A stretch of DNA of 64,000 nt from Lama guanicoe (lineage: Eukaryota). Made by a program: the position numbers and the translations under genes. The stretch is from positions 5,879,220 to 5,943,219 of the forward strand of contig MU054323.1 of the NCBI GenBank assembly GCA_013239625.1. The letters run 5' to 3'. This document shows positions 24,648 through 37,490 of this stretch, in pieces. Position 1 is the stretch's first letter. Every line of letters starts with the position of its first letter. Below the pieces are notes generated by a model. That model had not been told where the DNA came from and did no database searches. It saw nothing but the letters and a program-made list of their open reading frames with translations.

Positions 24648-25055
24648 TGTTCCACACTGAACTGTGTCTCCCCAAAACTGGTATGTCGGAGCCCTAACCC
24701 CCAGGATCTCAGAATGTGACTATATGTGAAGATATGGCCTTTAAAGATGCAGTTAAAGTTAAGTGAGGTCACAAAGGTGGCCCTTAATCCAATCTAACTG
24801 ACGTCCTTAGGAAAAGAGGCACTCTAGACTCACAGAGACACACCAGGGATGTGTGCAGACACGGAGGAAAGACTGTGTGAGGGCCCAGCAAGAAGGCTGC
24901 CATCTGCAAGCCAGGACAGGGGCCTCAGGAGAAAGCAGAACCGCCGCAACTTGACCTTGGACTTCCAGCCTCCAGGACTGTGAGAAAATTCATTTCTGCT
25001 GCTCAGGCCACCAGCCTGTGGTATTTTGTCATGGGCGCCCTCACTGACCGACACA
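24648..25055 (+). mobile_element. MLT1B/A-like solo LTR, full length
   Basis: TG...CA ends, cttggacttccagcctccaggactgtgagaaaattcatttctg; perfect 5-bp TSD GCCAC at 24643-24647 and 25056-25060. Confidence 0.9.
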
Positions 25056-26778
25056 GCCACCAATCCTATTTTGAAGGATTCCGCTTTGGAGCAGACGCCT
25101 ATGTGAGAACAGGACCTGGAGTCCTCTCGTGTTTTGTAAATGAAGAAGCCGAGGCAGAGGAGCCCCCAGCCCTTGACGCAGTGGGGCCATGACAGGGACA
25201 GGCCTGAGGGGGAGCCGCCTCCACGGAACCCCCAGCCGGGGCCCCTGGGTGGCCCGGTGCTTCCAGAGCTGTGCCAGGGACCCGGAAGGATGAGGGGGAA
25301 GATGCCGGCAAGAGGGCACCCAGAATCCTTGGAGCAGTGATTTGGGCCTCGCTCAGGAGTGTTCCTTCTCTTTCCCATGGATCTTAACAGACCATCTGAG
25401 AACTAAATCTGAAGCCCTTTCTCTAGTAAAGCCACGTGACGCGTGCGTCTAGCACCCACGAGTGAAGAGCTGGAAACGTTCTCCCACGCCAGCTCTGCGG
25501 GTTTCTGGCTATTTGCGCTTGGGTGTAAATGCTCACATTGTATTTTCTGTTCCTGCCACATTTAATGCTTCAGCTTGAATGCAGCTTTATCACTGCTTCA
25601 GGAATTTTCTACTATTTATTTATAAGTATTAAAATTCTGGACTCTTCTCCCACCAGGAGGGCAGCCCCATGGAGTCCAGTAACCTCCAGGGCTGGACGGT
25701 GGATGCACCCAGGCTGGTTTGAAATGTGCTGACAGGGTCCAGCTGCAGCGCTGGATGGAGGGCAGAGGCGGGCGGGAGGCAGGGTCACTCCAGGTCATGC
25801 ACGCCACAGGAGAAGCAGGCCCGGGCGGAAGGGAGCGGGGTGGTGGCCATCAGTATCTCAGGTGTCACGGGCAGTGCAGCTCGAATCCAGTCTGTTCTGA
25901 GGCCCGTTGGCTTTTCCCAGGTGTTTGCTGAGACCCTTCTGTGCTCCGTACTCTTTGTCTTCCTGGTCCAGGGGCTGGAGCCGGAAGCGGTGGTGGCAGA
26001 GGCAGGAGGAGGTTTAAAGCACAGGCCTTCCTCTGCAGTAGTGCAGGGTGTAGAGAGAGGGGCCCGTGCAAACACCGTGACCAGCGTAGGATGATGTTTG
26101 ACCAAAGGCTGAATTCAAGGTGGGCTCTGCACGAGGAGTGGCCAGGTCTCTGGGGGCTGGAGTGGGGAAGGCGATCTTTTCCTGGGGGTGGTAGGGTACA
26201 TTCCTGTTGAGCTGCAGGGACTTGGAGGCTTTGGGCAAGAGGACCTTTGGTCACTTCAGGGATTGGGGTGTGGTTCTGGGCTCCTTCTCCACCCAGGACC
26301 CCCACTGTGTGATTGAGACTTCTTTGGGCCCATAGAATCCCCACAGTGTCCTTGAGGTGGTGTGGCTCTGAAATTCCCTGTTCTTCCTTTAGGGTTGTCA
26401 CAAGATTTTGACAGGGTCCAGCTGGAATGGGATGGCCAGTGAGAGTTTCTCTGGCTCTGAAGCACAGGAGCGAGGGCTCTGTAGTCAGACAAATGGCTTC
26501 TTCCTTGCCTATGGTGACCTGTTGGCTGAAAATCCAAAGGAAATTCAAGGATCCCCACTCCCATGAAAAAGTGAGGGCTCACACGTTGGTAACTGCCCCA
26601 CGGGTTCTGATGCAGGCCTACGGCAGCCAACGTTGCTCTAGAGAGGGCTTATTTGAGTCACTCAGCGGACAGCAAGGCATCTACTAGAAACTCATTTCAT
26701 TCTTGCCTGTTTACTCTTCATTTAGCGAATTTGTATTGGTGTCTGCTTTCTGCTGGGCACTGGTGCTCCAGCCTAGAG

Positions 26779-26983
26779 CAGGGGTTGGCAGACTTTTTCT
26801 GTAGAGTAAATATTTTAGGCTTTGAGAACCATGTTGTCTCTGTTGCAAGTAGTCAACTTTTGCAGGGCAGAAGCAGCCATAAACAATACAGAAGCTCATG
26901 GGTATAGCTTTTTTCCAATAAAACTTTACTGACAGGCATCGAGCTAGGTTTGGCCCACAGACCATAGTTTGCTGCCCACCCTG
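26779..26983 (-). mobile_element. MER58A hAT-Charlie MITE
   Basis: caggggttggcagactttttctgtagagtaaatattttaggctttg...tttggcccacagaccatagtttgctgcccaccctg. Confidence 0.85.
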
Positions 26984-27200
26984 GACTGGAAATAGAGATG
27001 TGAACAAAAGTAGTCATGGCTTCTGTCTGTGTGAAGTTTACACTCTAGGCAAGGAAAATGTAAATTAATCATATAATCACAAACAAATTATAATTATGAA
27101 CACAGGTGCCTTAAGGAAAGATAAATTCTCATAGCTCTATAAATGAGGATGTGATATATAGTCTCAGATCAAGGCAGACTTCCCTCAAGAGTTGATGCTT

Positions 27201-27731
27201 TGAACCTGAATGTCCATCAACAGATGATTGTATAAAGAACTTATGGTATTATATATGCAATGGAATAATACTCAGCCCTAAAAAAGAATGAAATAATGCC
27301 ACTTACAGCAATGTGGATGGACCTAGAGATTATCATACTAAGTGAAGTAAGTCAGACAGAGAAAAACAAATATCATATGATATCACTTATATGTGTAATC
27401 TTAAAAAGAGGATACAAATGAACTTATTTACAAAATAGAAACAGACTCATAGATATGGAAAACAAACTTATGGTTACCAAAGTGTAAAGATGGTTGGTGG
27501 GGGATAAGTTAGGAGTTTGGGATTAGTAGATACAAGCTATTATATACAAAATAGATAAACAACAAGGTCCTACTATATAGCACAGGGAACCATATTTAAT
27601 AGTTTGTAATAATCTATAATGAAAAAGAATATATATATTCATTATGAATATATACATAGCTGATTCACTATGCTGTCCACCAGAAACTAACACAACATTG
27701 TGAATCAACTATACTTACAAAAAAATAAATA
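27201..27731 (+). mobile_element. 5'-truncated lineage-specific L1 3' end with TSD
   Basis: ORF2 C-terminal/3'UTR motifs (ggatggacctagagattatcatactaagtgaagtaagtcagacagag), A-rich tail, 14-bp TSD AAGAGTTGATGCTT at 27187-27200 and 27732-27745. Confidence 0.95.
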
Positions 27732-29337
27732 AAGAGTTGATGCTTGAGCTGGGCTCTGAATCAGCATTACCCAGCTAAAGAGAGAGGAAACAACATGTGG
27801 AAAGTCCCTGCGGCAAGAGAATGGAACATTTTGGAAATTGAAAGAAGGCCAGTGGAGTGGAGTGTGGAGGAGAACAGGGAGAGGGGTGAGATGAGGCAGG
27901 AGAGGAAGTGGTCCATGCACAGCCCTGGGCCATGCTTGGGGCTCCAATCTACCTGGGACTAATGAGAAAAGCTGTAAGCAGGGGAGACACAGGATCAGAT
28001 TCGCATTTTGAGAAAAGTCTCTCTGGAGACTGCAACATGAGAACAGAAAAAAGCAAGTGAGGATTCAGGGGAACCAAGTGAGAAAGGTGGCACTGGAGGT
28101 AGAGAGATGTGGAGATGAAGATTTCAGAAGAGGTGTTGATGGGGTGGGTATGGAGGGAGAGGCTCCTCGGTGTCATATTTGAACAGTTGATTGGTTAGTG
28201 GTGCTGTCTGCCCACTGAGACCAGAGCACTGGAGAAGTCCCTGTTGCTTTGTTTTGTTTGGGTCAGAGGAAGGGGCAGGTTGCACTGCCTTTGAGACATT
28301 AAGTTGGAAGTGTCAGATAAGCAGATGAGACGTACAGCCTGGAACTCGGAGGAAAAGAGGGGGCTGGAGATAATATGTTTTGGGGAATCATCAGCATATG
28401 GAAGGTAATTGAAGCTCTGAGCATGGATTAGAGCATCTGGGGGAAGAGAACGGAGTGAAAAAAAAAGAGTAGAGAGCCTTAGGAAAAATCCTTCAGGAAC
28501 TCCGATATTTAATAGCAGAGAGAGGAGGGTGATCCTGCAAAATACACCGAAATAACAACCAAGGGAGTGGGGGAAAAAACAAGACTGTTGTGGCATCAAA
28601 GCTGAGGGACAGAAATGTTTAAGCAAGGCTTGTGTTCAGCCTGGACACACAGCACAGTGGGACTGACCGCGGATGCCCAGCCGTCATTCTGACTGGCCAG
28701 TGCATCCACTGTGATTGGTCAGTGCCCCTGCTGTACCAGCTGTTTAATATCATGATTCTCATCCCTGTTTTCAAGGAATGATCATCAGCGCTGAAGGTTT
28801 CTGGGATGGCAAAGAAGAAGAGCGGAAACCTCCTGTTGGATTTAGCTACAGGTATATCACTGGTGACCTTAACGAGAGAACCTGAGATGCAGTGATGGGT
28901 AGAAGAGTGAGCTGAGGAAGGAATAGGAGGTGGATTAGTCGACAGGAGGCCCAGGCAACCCCAAAGAAGTTTTGCTGGGATGCAGAGGGGCTGAGTAGGA
29001 CAGACAGAGGGGAAGCTGGATGGGGCTGAGGGGTGGGGCTGAAATTTTCCTTGAAGATGTTCAGTGATGAGAAGGACTTACTTGTTCAGTTCCACTGTAT
29101 AGTTAGTCGCTTACCAGACTTTTATCTGTCTCATTCACTTACTCATTATTTGATCCAACATGCTTATCTCATCCTTGGGGGAGATGCTTACTATGTTATA
29201 AGCACTGGATTCATTTTATTTCCTTCTTTCTTTTTCAACAGGCACTTACTGAGCACTTACTATTTGTCAAGTGCTGGACCAGGTCCCCATGATAGAGAAA
29301 TAAATAAGATAGAGCCTGTGGGCTTAATAGTTTAGTG

Positions 29338-29575
29338 CAGTGGTTATCCACCAGCAGTAATTTAATCCCCTTTCCCGCCTTGGAGGACACTGGGAAGTGT
29401 CTGGAGATCTATTTGTTGTCATAGCTTGGGGTTGGGTGTGCGAGGAGGGAACTAAGGATGCTACTGGTGTCTAGTGAGTGGAGGCCAAGAATGCTGCTAA
29501 ACATCCTAGTGTGCCCAGCACAGCCGCACAACCAAGAAGCATCCAGTCCAAAATCTGAATAGGGTGAAAAGTGCC
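29338..29575 (+). mobile_element. MER20 hAT-Charlie MITE
   Basis: cagtggttatccacc...gctactggtgtctagtgagtggaggccaagaatgctgctaaacatcctag. Confidence 0.85.
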
Positions 29576-29889
29576 TCAATAAATGTGTGCATATGGCGAG
29601 CGCAGGCACCAGAGGGTAACCACATACGCACACACGGTGGAGCTGGCCAGGCGGGGGATGAGGGACAGACAGGAGGGGGCATGGTGCACACTCAGAAGCT
29701 TCCAGTAGTTCAGGGTGGAGGCACCATGGCCAGGAAGGGCAGAAGTCATGAGAGTCGGGCTAAGGCTACAGATACCAGGCCAAGTATTTTGGATTTTGTC
29801 TGTTTAGTGGGAAACCACTAAAGGGATCCAAATGAGACGAAACCAGATTTGTGTTTTAGGAAGATCCTTCTGGTGGCAGCAAGATCAAA

Positions 29890-30075
29890 TAATCCAATAA
29901 TCGCTAACATTTATTAAGAACCTTCTGTGTCTCAGGACCCTTTTCTGAGTACTTTATTGAATTACCTCGTTTAATTTCCCAGCAGCCCTATGGGGAAGTG
30001 CTCTTGTTCCCATTATACTGCTGAGGAGACTGAGGCCAAAGGGTAAAAATCTTGTAAATGGGGGATCCCAGCCTT
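29890..30075 (-). mobile_element. MIR SINE
   Basis: ataatcgctaacatttattaagaaccttctgtgt...tgaggagactgaggcc. Confidence 0.75.
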
Positions 30076-31091
30076 GACTGATACTCATGCACCAGCGTGA
30101 GGTCACCTGCAGTTTTTCCTGTCTCCCACTTTCGGTCTGGGCTCTGGAACCAGACTGGAGCATCTACAGGGTCTCGGTTCATAATTCATCCGTTCCAGCT
30201 CTCCCTGCAGCTGCTCCAAAAATTCCATGCCTGTAGCTTTGAGGAGCGTGGCCTTGAAGTAGCCAGTTTAATTCATCCTGATTAGGAGTTCTTGTGTAGC
30301 TGTTAATTTTTTAGAGACTTTGTGGCTGCAATGCCCTGTGGAAAGAGAAACATTTGCTTCTGGGAAATCTTTGCTGACTGAGACCTTTATGAGGACCCTG
30401 GTAATCTCATATAGCTCCTCCGTCAGGACACCCCACCCACTCTCAAATGTACCTTTTCCCCTCTATTTTTGCTGGGTTGGGCCGGGTGGATTTACACAAC
30501 TAATAAAATTTAAAGTAGATCTCACAGCCCAAAGCTACATCATTAGCCAGCACAGATCCTGCTTTCCTGGGTTTTAATTACAGTACCTCCTCCTCCCATT
30601 AGGAGGGATAGTTGCATGTGACAACTCCTGGCCCAGGACTGACAGACAGAAAGAGCTGGAGACTGAGGCCTGAAGGTGGACGGTACTGCACCCCGAACAG
30701 AGGGAAGGAGAGGTTTTTGCTGCTCAGGGGGGTCGAGGTTGTGGACAGAGGTGGCACCAGAGGGCTCAGCAGGGCTCCTCCCATTTGGAAAGAAGACGGG
30801 AGACCTATCTTCATATTTATGTATGCTTTTAAATCAATGTGTCTTCACTTTTAAAAAGCAGTAGCAAGGTTCTGGCAGGGCCAAGGAGAGGCAAACTGGT
30901 CTGGGATCCAGAGGAAAAGCCCTTTAGAAAAGAAAGCTGGTGTCTATGCAGTGGAATTAACCCCAACAGGGGGTTTCTTTGAAGTTAGCTTGTGACCAGT
31001 GAGTTCACAGCCCCAAATTACCCCTGCCTGACAGGTGCAGAGCCTAGGCCCGGCTGACGTCACGTGGGGTGTCCCTGCAAGAAGCCATGTT

Positions 31092-31845
31092 CTCTTCCTG
31101 CGCTGCTGGTAGGAATGTAAATTGGTGCAACGACCATGGAAAACAATATGGAGGTTCCTTAAAAAACTAAAAATAGAGTTACCATGTGATCTAGCAATCC
31201 CACTCCTAGACATTTTTCTGGAAAAGCCAAAAACTCTCATTTGAAAAGATACATGCACCCCAGTGTTCACAGCAACACTATTTACAGTAGTCAAAACATG
31301 GAAACAGCCTAATTGTCCATCAACAGATGAATGGATAAAGAATATGTGCTACACACACACACACACACACACAGTGGGGTACTACTCACCCATAAAAAGG
31401 AATGAAATAATGACATTTGCAGCAACATAGAAATGACCTAGAGATTACCTAGTAAGTGAAGTAAGTCATACAGATACAAACACATACCACATATGGTATC
31501 ACTTATGTGTGGAATCTGAAAAAATGACACAAATGAACTTATTTACAAAATGAAAAGAGACTCAGAGACATAGAAAACAAACTTGTCATTACTAAAGGGG
31601 AAGAGAAGGAGGAGGAAGGACAAATTAGGAGTTTGAAATTAACAGATATACACTACTGTAGATAAAATAGGTAAGCAACAAGGATTCACTGTATAACACA
31701 GGGAACAGTATTCTGTATCTTGTAATGACCTATAATGAAAAACACTCTGGATTGATTGATTGATTGATTGATAATTGAATCACTTTGCTGAACACTTGAA
31801 ACTAACACAACATTATACATCAACTATGCTTCAGTTTTTAAAAAG
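31092..31845 (+). mobile_element. 5'-truncated L1 (ORF2 C-terminus + 3' UTR), decayed
   Basis: Translates as [37 protein letters not shown] (L1 ORF2p C-terminal motif with a stop); contains (CA)n at 31351-31373 and (GATT)n at ~31750-31772. Confidence 0.95.
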
Positions 31846-33559
31846 CCAACTGCTGATTTTCAGGCTCTCTCTCCACGTTTCTGTTCTTCCTTTAAGGCTT
31901 CCGTGGTAGGACAGAGAATTCACTGGGCTTCAGTTTTCACATCTCCACGATGAAGGATCTGTCAGGCTACAGACCTTCTCTTGTCCCTAGAGGGGTTGAT
32001 TTCTAGACTAAATTAAGCCTTTGCTAGGATGGCAACTACATACCTGCAGTGCTAAGAAAACTAACTTTACACCCAAATATAAGGCAGTTCCCCACTTTCC
32101 CAAACAAAAGGGCTTCAAAATATTTTTTTAACCAACCTGAATATACGTACATTTTTGGAATGCAGTATAAATGAAACAACAAAATGTTTACTTATAATTT
32201 GTAATTAATTACTTTAGTTACACATCTTTAACCTTATAAAATATGTAAACTGTTGATTTTTAAATACTGCTTTCTCCCACTTATGTTTCATGAGTCACTA
32301 TCCAAACCTGTCAGGTACAGTTTCAACTCCAGTGTGTGTTCTGTTCCCAGTGTATTTTTTTTAATCCCTAGAATGGCTCTTTGAGTCCCCTGACAGTTTT
32401 GCAGGGCTCGTGTGCCTCACTTTCATCCGTGTTCCTGAGAGAGGGCTCTTTTTGAACCTGCGGATTATGCCCTCCTTTAAAGTGCCATCCCAAGCCACAG
32501 GTCCCAATTCCCATAAGCTGGGGCAGTTGTGATTTTTTGTTTCATTTTCCTTATCGGTAAATATTCACAATCTCTTGCAGCAATTAACCATTGCTGAGTT
32601 TCTTTTTAAAGTGACTTCTAAAAGTCTTGTTTACAACAACATCCAACACTAAAATTGTGAAGTCACAATCCCAAGAATAACCACTGCATCTGTGTTAACT
32701 GAATTAGGTGGGAGGGTGCGCTGTAAGAGGAGTCTTTCTATGGTTGTAGAGTCCATCAGATGATACATTGGCTATATTGAATATAAGGCAACACCCTTTT
32801 TTTCTGAGGGATTAAGGGAGATGCAGGAGAAAAGATAGTCATATATTTGGGCATAGACCAAAAATTTTAATTCACCGAATTCTCCTTTAACACCCATCAG
32901 CCTATTACACTGCGCATAGGCAGACATGTCCAGTGGCCCCGGGTCACAGAAGGTGGTGCTGCGCCTGCCGGGCCCCGCCAAGAACTCTGGCCACCATCTT
33001 TCCCCACTTCCCAAACACCAGTAACTGCAAGCCCCTTCTGGCCACCTTTCTGCCGAACTGCCGCTGGGCTTTTGTGTGGTTTAATGAACATAGAGTCGTT
33101 TGGAAATATGCACTGTGCACCACAAAAGGAAATAGTAATATAATCAGAAATTATTATATTCAGGCACTTCAGAACTATTGCTACTATTAATGTCCATTAT
33201 CACTATATTACCTGAAATGTGTTTAACAGTCACAGGCACTAATCAAGGTGCCTGTCCTGGAGAACGTTCATTCTCTCTGTCTGGATCACACTATGTATTG
33301 TGCTGTGACTGTTTTAAATTTTTTTCAGATAATTGGAACCTGCTACTTCATACTTTGAAAAGTAATGTAGTGGGTGAAGCCCTGAGAGGTTCAAAGCCTA
33401 TGCTTCCATCAGGGATATAATGCAATTTCCATGCAGAATGATTATAATATTATTCAGTGGTTACATGGTGGTGGGGGGGGGGTTCTGTTTTTGTTAGGCT
33501 TTGGAAAGTGGCAAATTGAATTCCATCCAAGTAATCAGAGGTTATGAGTTTCCAGCACA

Positions 33560-33965
33560 GTATGTTTGCACATGTTGGAGGCTCATTTTCCCACAGTTGT
33601 CCCCAGCCCAGTGCCCCTTGACCATTTGCTGGCCACTCGGGACAGATCCGAAGTGCCAAGGAGTTAATTCACTGACAGGAGCCCTCAGCCGATGAGACAT
33701 AGGAGTTGGCGGCAAATACTACAGCTTCCTCTCGCCTCAGGTGGGACAACTCTGAGACATGCCCTTCTCTGTCCCCCAGAGGTCCCCAGTGAGATTGGCT
33801 TTGGTGTCCGCAGTGATGACTTGCTTATTTAGGGCAGTCTCTGTTGGCTTCCTTCACTTACCTGTCTTGCTTCCCCATTCTACCTGAGCTTTCTGGCATC
33901 ACTCTCCAAATAAACCATTTGTCTCAAATTCTTGTCTAGGTTCTGCTTTCCAAGAGAGGCACACC
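33560..33965 (+). mobile_element. LTR16-like ERVL solo LTR
   Basis: cagcttcctctcgcctcaggtgggacaactctgagacatg...ctctccaaataaaccatttgtctcaaattcttgtctaggttctgctttc. Confidence 0.75.
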
Positions 33966-34559
33966 TGGTCTCCCAGTTTTCCCTTTCCCATTTGGAGAGT
34001 ACCCAGAGGGCTCTCTGGGTCCCTCTGTCCTGTTTTGGGGAGGATTCATGGCAGCAGCCAGAAGTCTTAATGTTTTAAGGCATCTTCATCCTGAAAGATG
34101 AAAATTCTGAACTTTTTTTTTTCAATCAGGAAGGTGATGGATATAATTTATTTCTCCCTCTTCTCTTAATTATTATTACCCCATTCAAGTGAGACAAGGT
34201 GATTTAATCCGGGTTGTATTTTAAATGCCCATAATCGATGTCCTCTTTCTAAGCTATATCTATGTGCTCTTAGATAATCTATGTATAATTTTAATAGATT
34301 TGTCAACGGCGGCCCTTCTTCATCTAAACAGGCTGCTTGCAGACAGATCACTTAATTTGCGCCTCAGTGTTATGTTTCATACATTGTTGCTGCACGGCCG
34401 ACAGATAGCAGATGATCCCATTACAAATGCATTCGACACGGCATGGACTGTGGGGAGGAGCAAACTCAAGGTCTCCTACTGTGGCAAGCAGAGTGTGGTC
34501 CTGCTCACTCAGAAGGGGTGGGTCCTGGTGATCACGGCACCTGAACAGGTGCTGAGGCT

Positions 34560-35058
34560 GCAGCCCCCTGCAGTACCCAGATGCTGATGAGAGCCCTGGC
34601 TTACCTGCCCCAACAGAGGCTGTCAGTGCCACGCCCCTTCCCCCAGCCTGGGGAGCACCTGCTGACCGTTCCAGTCCCACTTCCTCCTCTCTCTGTGTGA
34701 GGGTGCCCAGCGTGCTCATGGGGCAGGCTGGAGGCGTTGGGGGACTGATACCCCCAAAGCTCTTGCCGACTAAGGAGAAGTAGGAAATAATGAATAAATA
34801 CCTCAGCTTCCTTCCTGTCTTGGGGGGAAACTTTAAGATATGTTCTACCCAGTCACTCAGAGGATCCCCAGCAGGAATGAGCCCTGGTTGCCCATAGCAG
34901 TCAGTGCCTCCTTGATGGACTTTTCCCTGTCTCCTGTCTCACATCCCTACTCCCTCATGGTGCTTTGTTGGATCAACTCAAAAAAAAAAAAAAAAAAAAC
35001 CCTTGCATCCAAATCAGTGTTTCGGGGTCCTCTTTGGAGGGGAGTTCAATCTAAGATG
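34560..35058 (+). mobile_element. LTR16-like ERVL solo LTR
   Basis: ataaatacctcagcttccttcc...cagaggatccccagcaggaatgagccctggttgcccatagcag...cccttgcatccaaatc; polyA-signal position occupied by an A20 run. Confidence 0.75.
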
Positions 35059-37339
35059 CGTGTCCTTCTGAACGTCTTCAGGTTGATCTTTCAGGTGTGC
35101 TCATCCTCCGGGACCTAGATTAGGGCATGGCAAGGAGCTTCCTGCATCCCAGGAGCTCTACCTCCTCTGACCACCTTCAGCCCTGCCAGCAGAGTTACCT
35201 TAGTCCTCATCACCTGAAGCCTTGTGACTTCCCCTGTTTCTCTGCACGTGGGTGTGCGATGGGGTAGATGCCAACTCTGCCAGCTCCTAGCTGACCTGAA
35301 CATCTGCTGAGAGGTGATAGTGCTCTAGCCACATCCTCAGTTTAGAGCAAAGACCAGAGATGCCTGGCAGGGTGAAGGATGGAGTAGCCAGGCAACACTG
35401 AGGGTGCTCCCTTTGGGGGAGAAAAAAGTACCAGAAACCCTTCTTCCAAAGACTGATGTGAGTGCTGACGGATTATTTGTGCCATTTCTGTCTGCTGGGG
35501 TAATTGCAAGGCGAGTGCATTGTGTTCCAAAGGAAAAATGTTCTCTAGACGCGGTAATCTTCACCCTGCCAGCTTGTGGCAGAGGGAACCACATCAACTT
35601 CTAAATTTTCTCAATGGAGTGAGATGTGTGTAATGTGTAATAAAATATAAACAAGCCTTTAAGAAGCATCTATGTGTTTCTTTTTATCAACCTTTAGATG
35701 CGTTAAAGCCAACTACAATTTTATATGAATTCTAGATGATATGTAGTATTTTTATTTGCTACTTCATTGCTAAATGTTTCATATAAAACTGAAGAGGAAA
35801 AAAAATACACAGTCCCACATATAAAAGAAGCAGCAGATGGCTAAATGTGACCGTGGGAGAGAAGCAGTGAATGGAGTGAGTTCAGAACGGAGGCTCCCTC
35901 ACTGGGTATGGCCCGAGATGGAAGGAAATTCACATATGTGGTTACCTGTGTTCATTAGCCATTTGCTTCCACTGTGTTTTAAGTAGGCCATTAGTATTCA
36001 GAAGAATCTACAGGTATCTTTGTTATGGCTTTTTTTTTATCTTTTAAATGTACATATAAATGAGTATGTATTATTTATAGATGTCTTTGGATTTAGAAAC
36101 ATCGAGCTTGAAAAGTAATGCAGCAAGGAATATTTGATTTACTGCTCGCTGGAAAAGAGAGCAGAGAGAGGAGGACTTTATGCAGGAAAGAAGCCTGGGT
36201 TGGGATAAGTTGTTTAACCTTTTTAGGGGACTTTCCTGGAATCTTCAGTTACAGTTAAACTGTAGAGAGATGACAGGATGGAAAAAAAAAAAAAGAACAG
36301 TGGCTGGGGAGTTTGGAGGCCAGCATTGTGGTCCTGGCTCTCCTGCTAATCAACTATGTCACCTTGAGCTTGTCACTCACAGGCTCTTGCCTTTTGTTTC
36401 CTGCCCGCATCTGAACATCAAGACCTGCCAGGCTGTAGCCCAGCAATTTGGTGCATTTGTAATGACTGCTGTGGGCTCTGGCCGGACTCCCCGGTCACTG
36501 GGTTAGTTTACACCAGTGCCGTGAGGTTGGTGAGCGATGGTGCTGTGTTTTTTCAGATGGGACGTGAAGCCATGGTGTGATCAAGCCACTTGCCTACACA
36601 CATTGGTAGAGATCAGGAAAACAGAATTAGCTTCTCATTCTATTTTCAGTTCCTAGGCTGTTTCTATATTGGCCAAGAAAAGCAGAGAACTTACAGAAAT
36701 TCCTGGTAATGACTGCTTTCTGCCTGGGTACAGAGAAACTTGCCTGTCTGTGATTTATTTTTAAATGGATAACTCATCATATCTGGGTAAAAAGTACCGT
36801 AATCTCCAAAGGCTTCTCTTTCACAATTTTTTTTTCTCCCTGAGCGTATAAAAACAGCCTCAGATCTATTCAAATAAAATAGCTTTCTACTGGGTGACGA
36901 AGTAATGCCTCTCAGACCCCCTTGGGGCTGGGAAAGGGTCTTTAGCCGCTGGCCCTAGGGCTTGGACTCAGAGGAAAGATGGAATGAGGGAATAGAAGCT
37001 ATGAAAGCATCTGCCCGAAGTCCTAGAGTTTGTTTACCAATTGCTGGGGAGGAGGTGGGTGGAGAAGGGGATGGTAAAGGCTGAAATTGTCCCCTTGGAG
37101 GAAATTCAGGGAGAGAGCTGGAGGGAGCAGGGAGTGGTAGCTGACCAGTGTCAGACAGACCCAGGCCAGCTGTACACACGGTCAGCGCCTTGGTCAGCCA
37201 GCTCCAGAGGAAGCTCCCTCTCCAGCCGTCCCCTGCGTGCTCACTTCTGTGGAGAGGTGGTGGGAGAGAAGGCACCAGCCCTTCCCAGGGCACTGGAGGT
37301 ATTTCAGGGACACCTGTCCCGTGCCCCGGTGGCAGGCCT

Positions 37340-37490
37340 GGTAATAGTAATGTTACAGCCACCAGTTATAGGTGCCATGGGGCTATGCCAAGTGCCTTTC
37401 TTCCACTCAGACAGTTAACTCGCAGAGCAACCATGGATGTTCAGTCATATCATCCCCATTTTACAGAGGAGGAGACTAAGGCAGGGGTGG
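37340..37490 (-). mobile_element. MIR SINE fragment
   Basis: atcatccccattttacagaggaggagactaaggc. Confidence 0.65.

Larger units (their letters stand above)
26690..28930 (-). mobile_element. Long L2 fragment interrupted by MER58A and an L1
   Basis: Antisense L2 tail at 26690-26770 and L2 body motifs (gacacaggatcagattcgcattttgagaaaagtctctctgg; tttggggaatcatcagcatatggaaggtaattgaagc). Confidence 0.75.

Noticed and set aside
25865..26548. Longest ORFs (227 aa here; also 37729+, 55884+, 58866-)
   Set aside because: Low-information Pro/Gly/Ser/Arg/Leu-rich translations expected in GC-rich noncoding DNA; no family motif recognised
28630..28770. Possible hAT remnant inside L2
   Set aside because: Only one terminus-like motif seen; family could not be supported
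31092..31520. L1 ORF2 C-terminal peptide as a CDS
   Set aside because: In-frame stop, 5' truncation and a microsatellite interruption; a dead retrotransposon fragment
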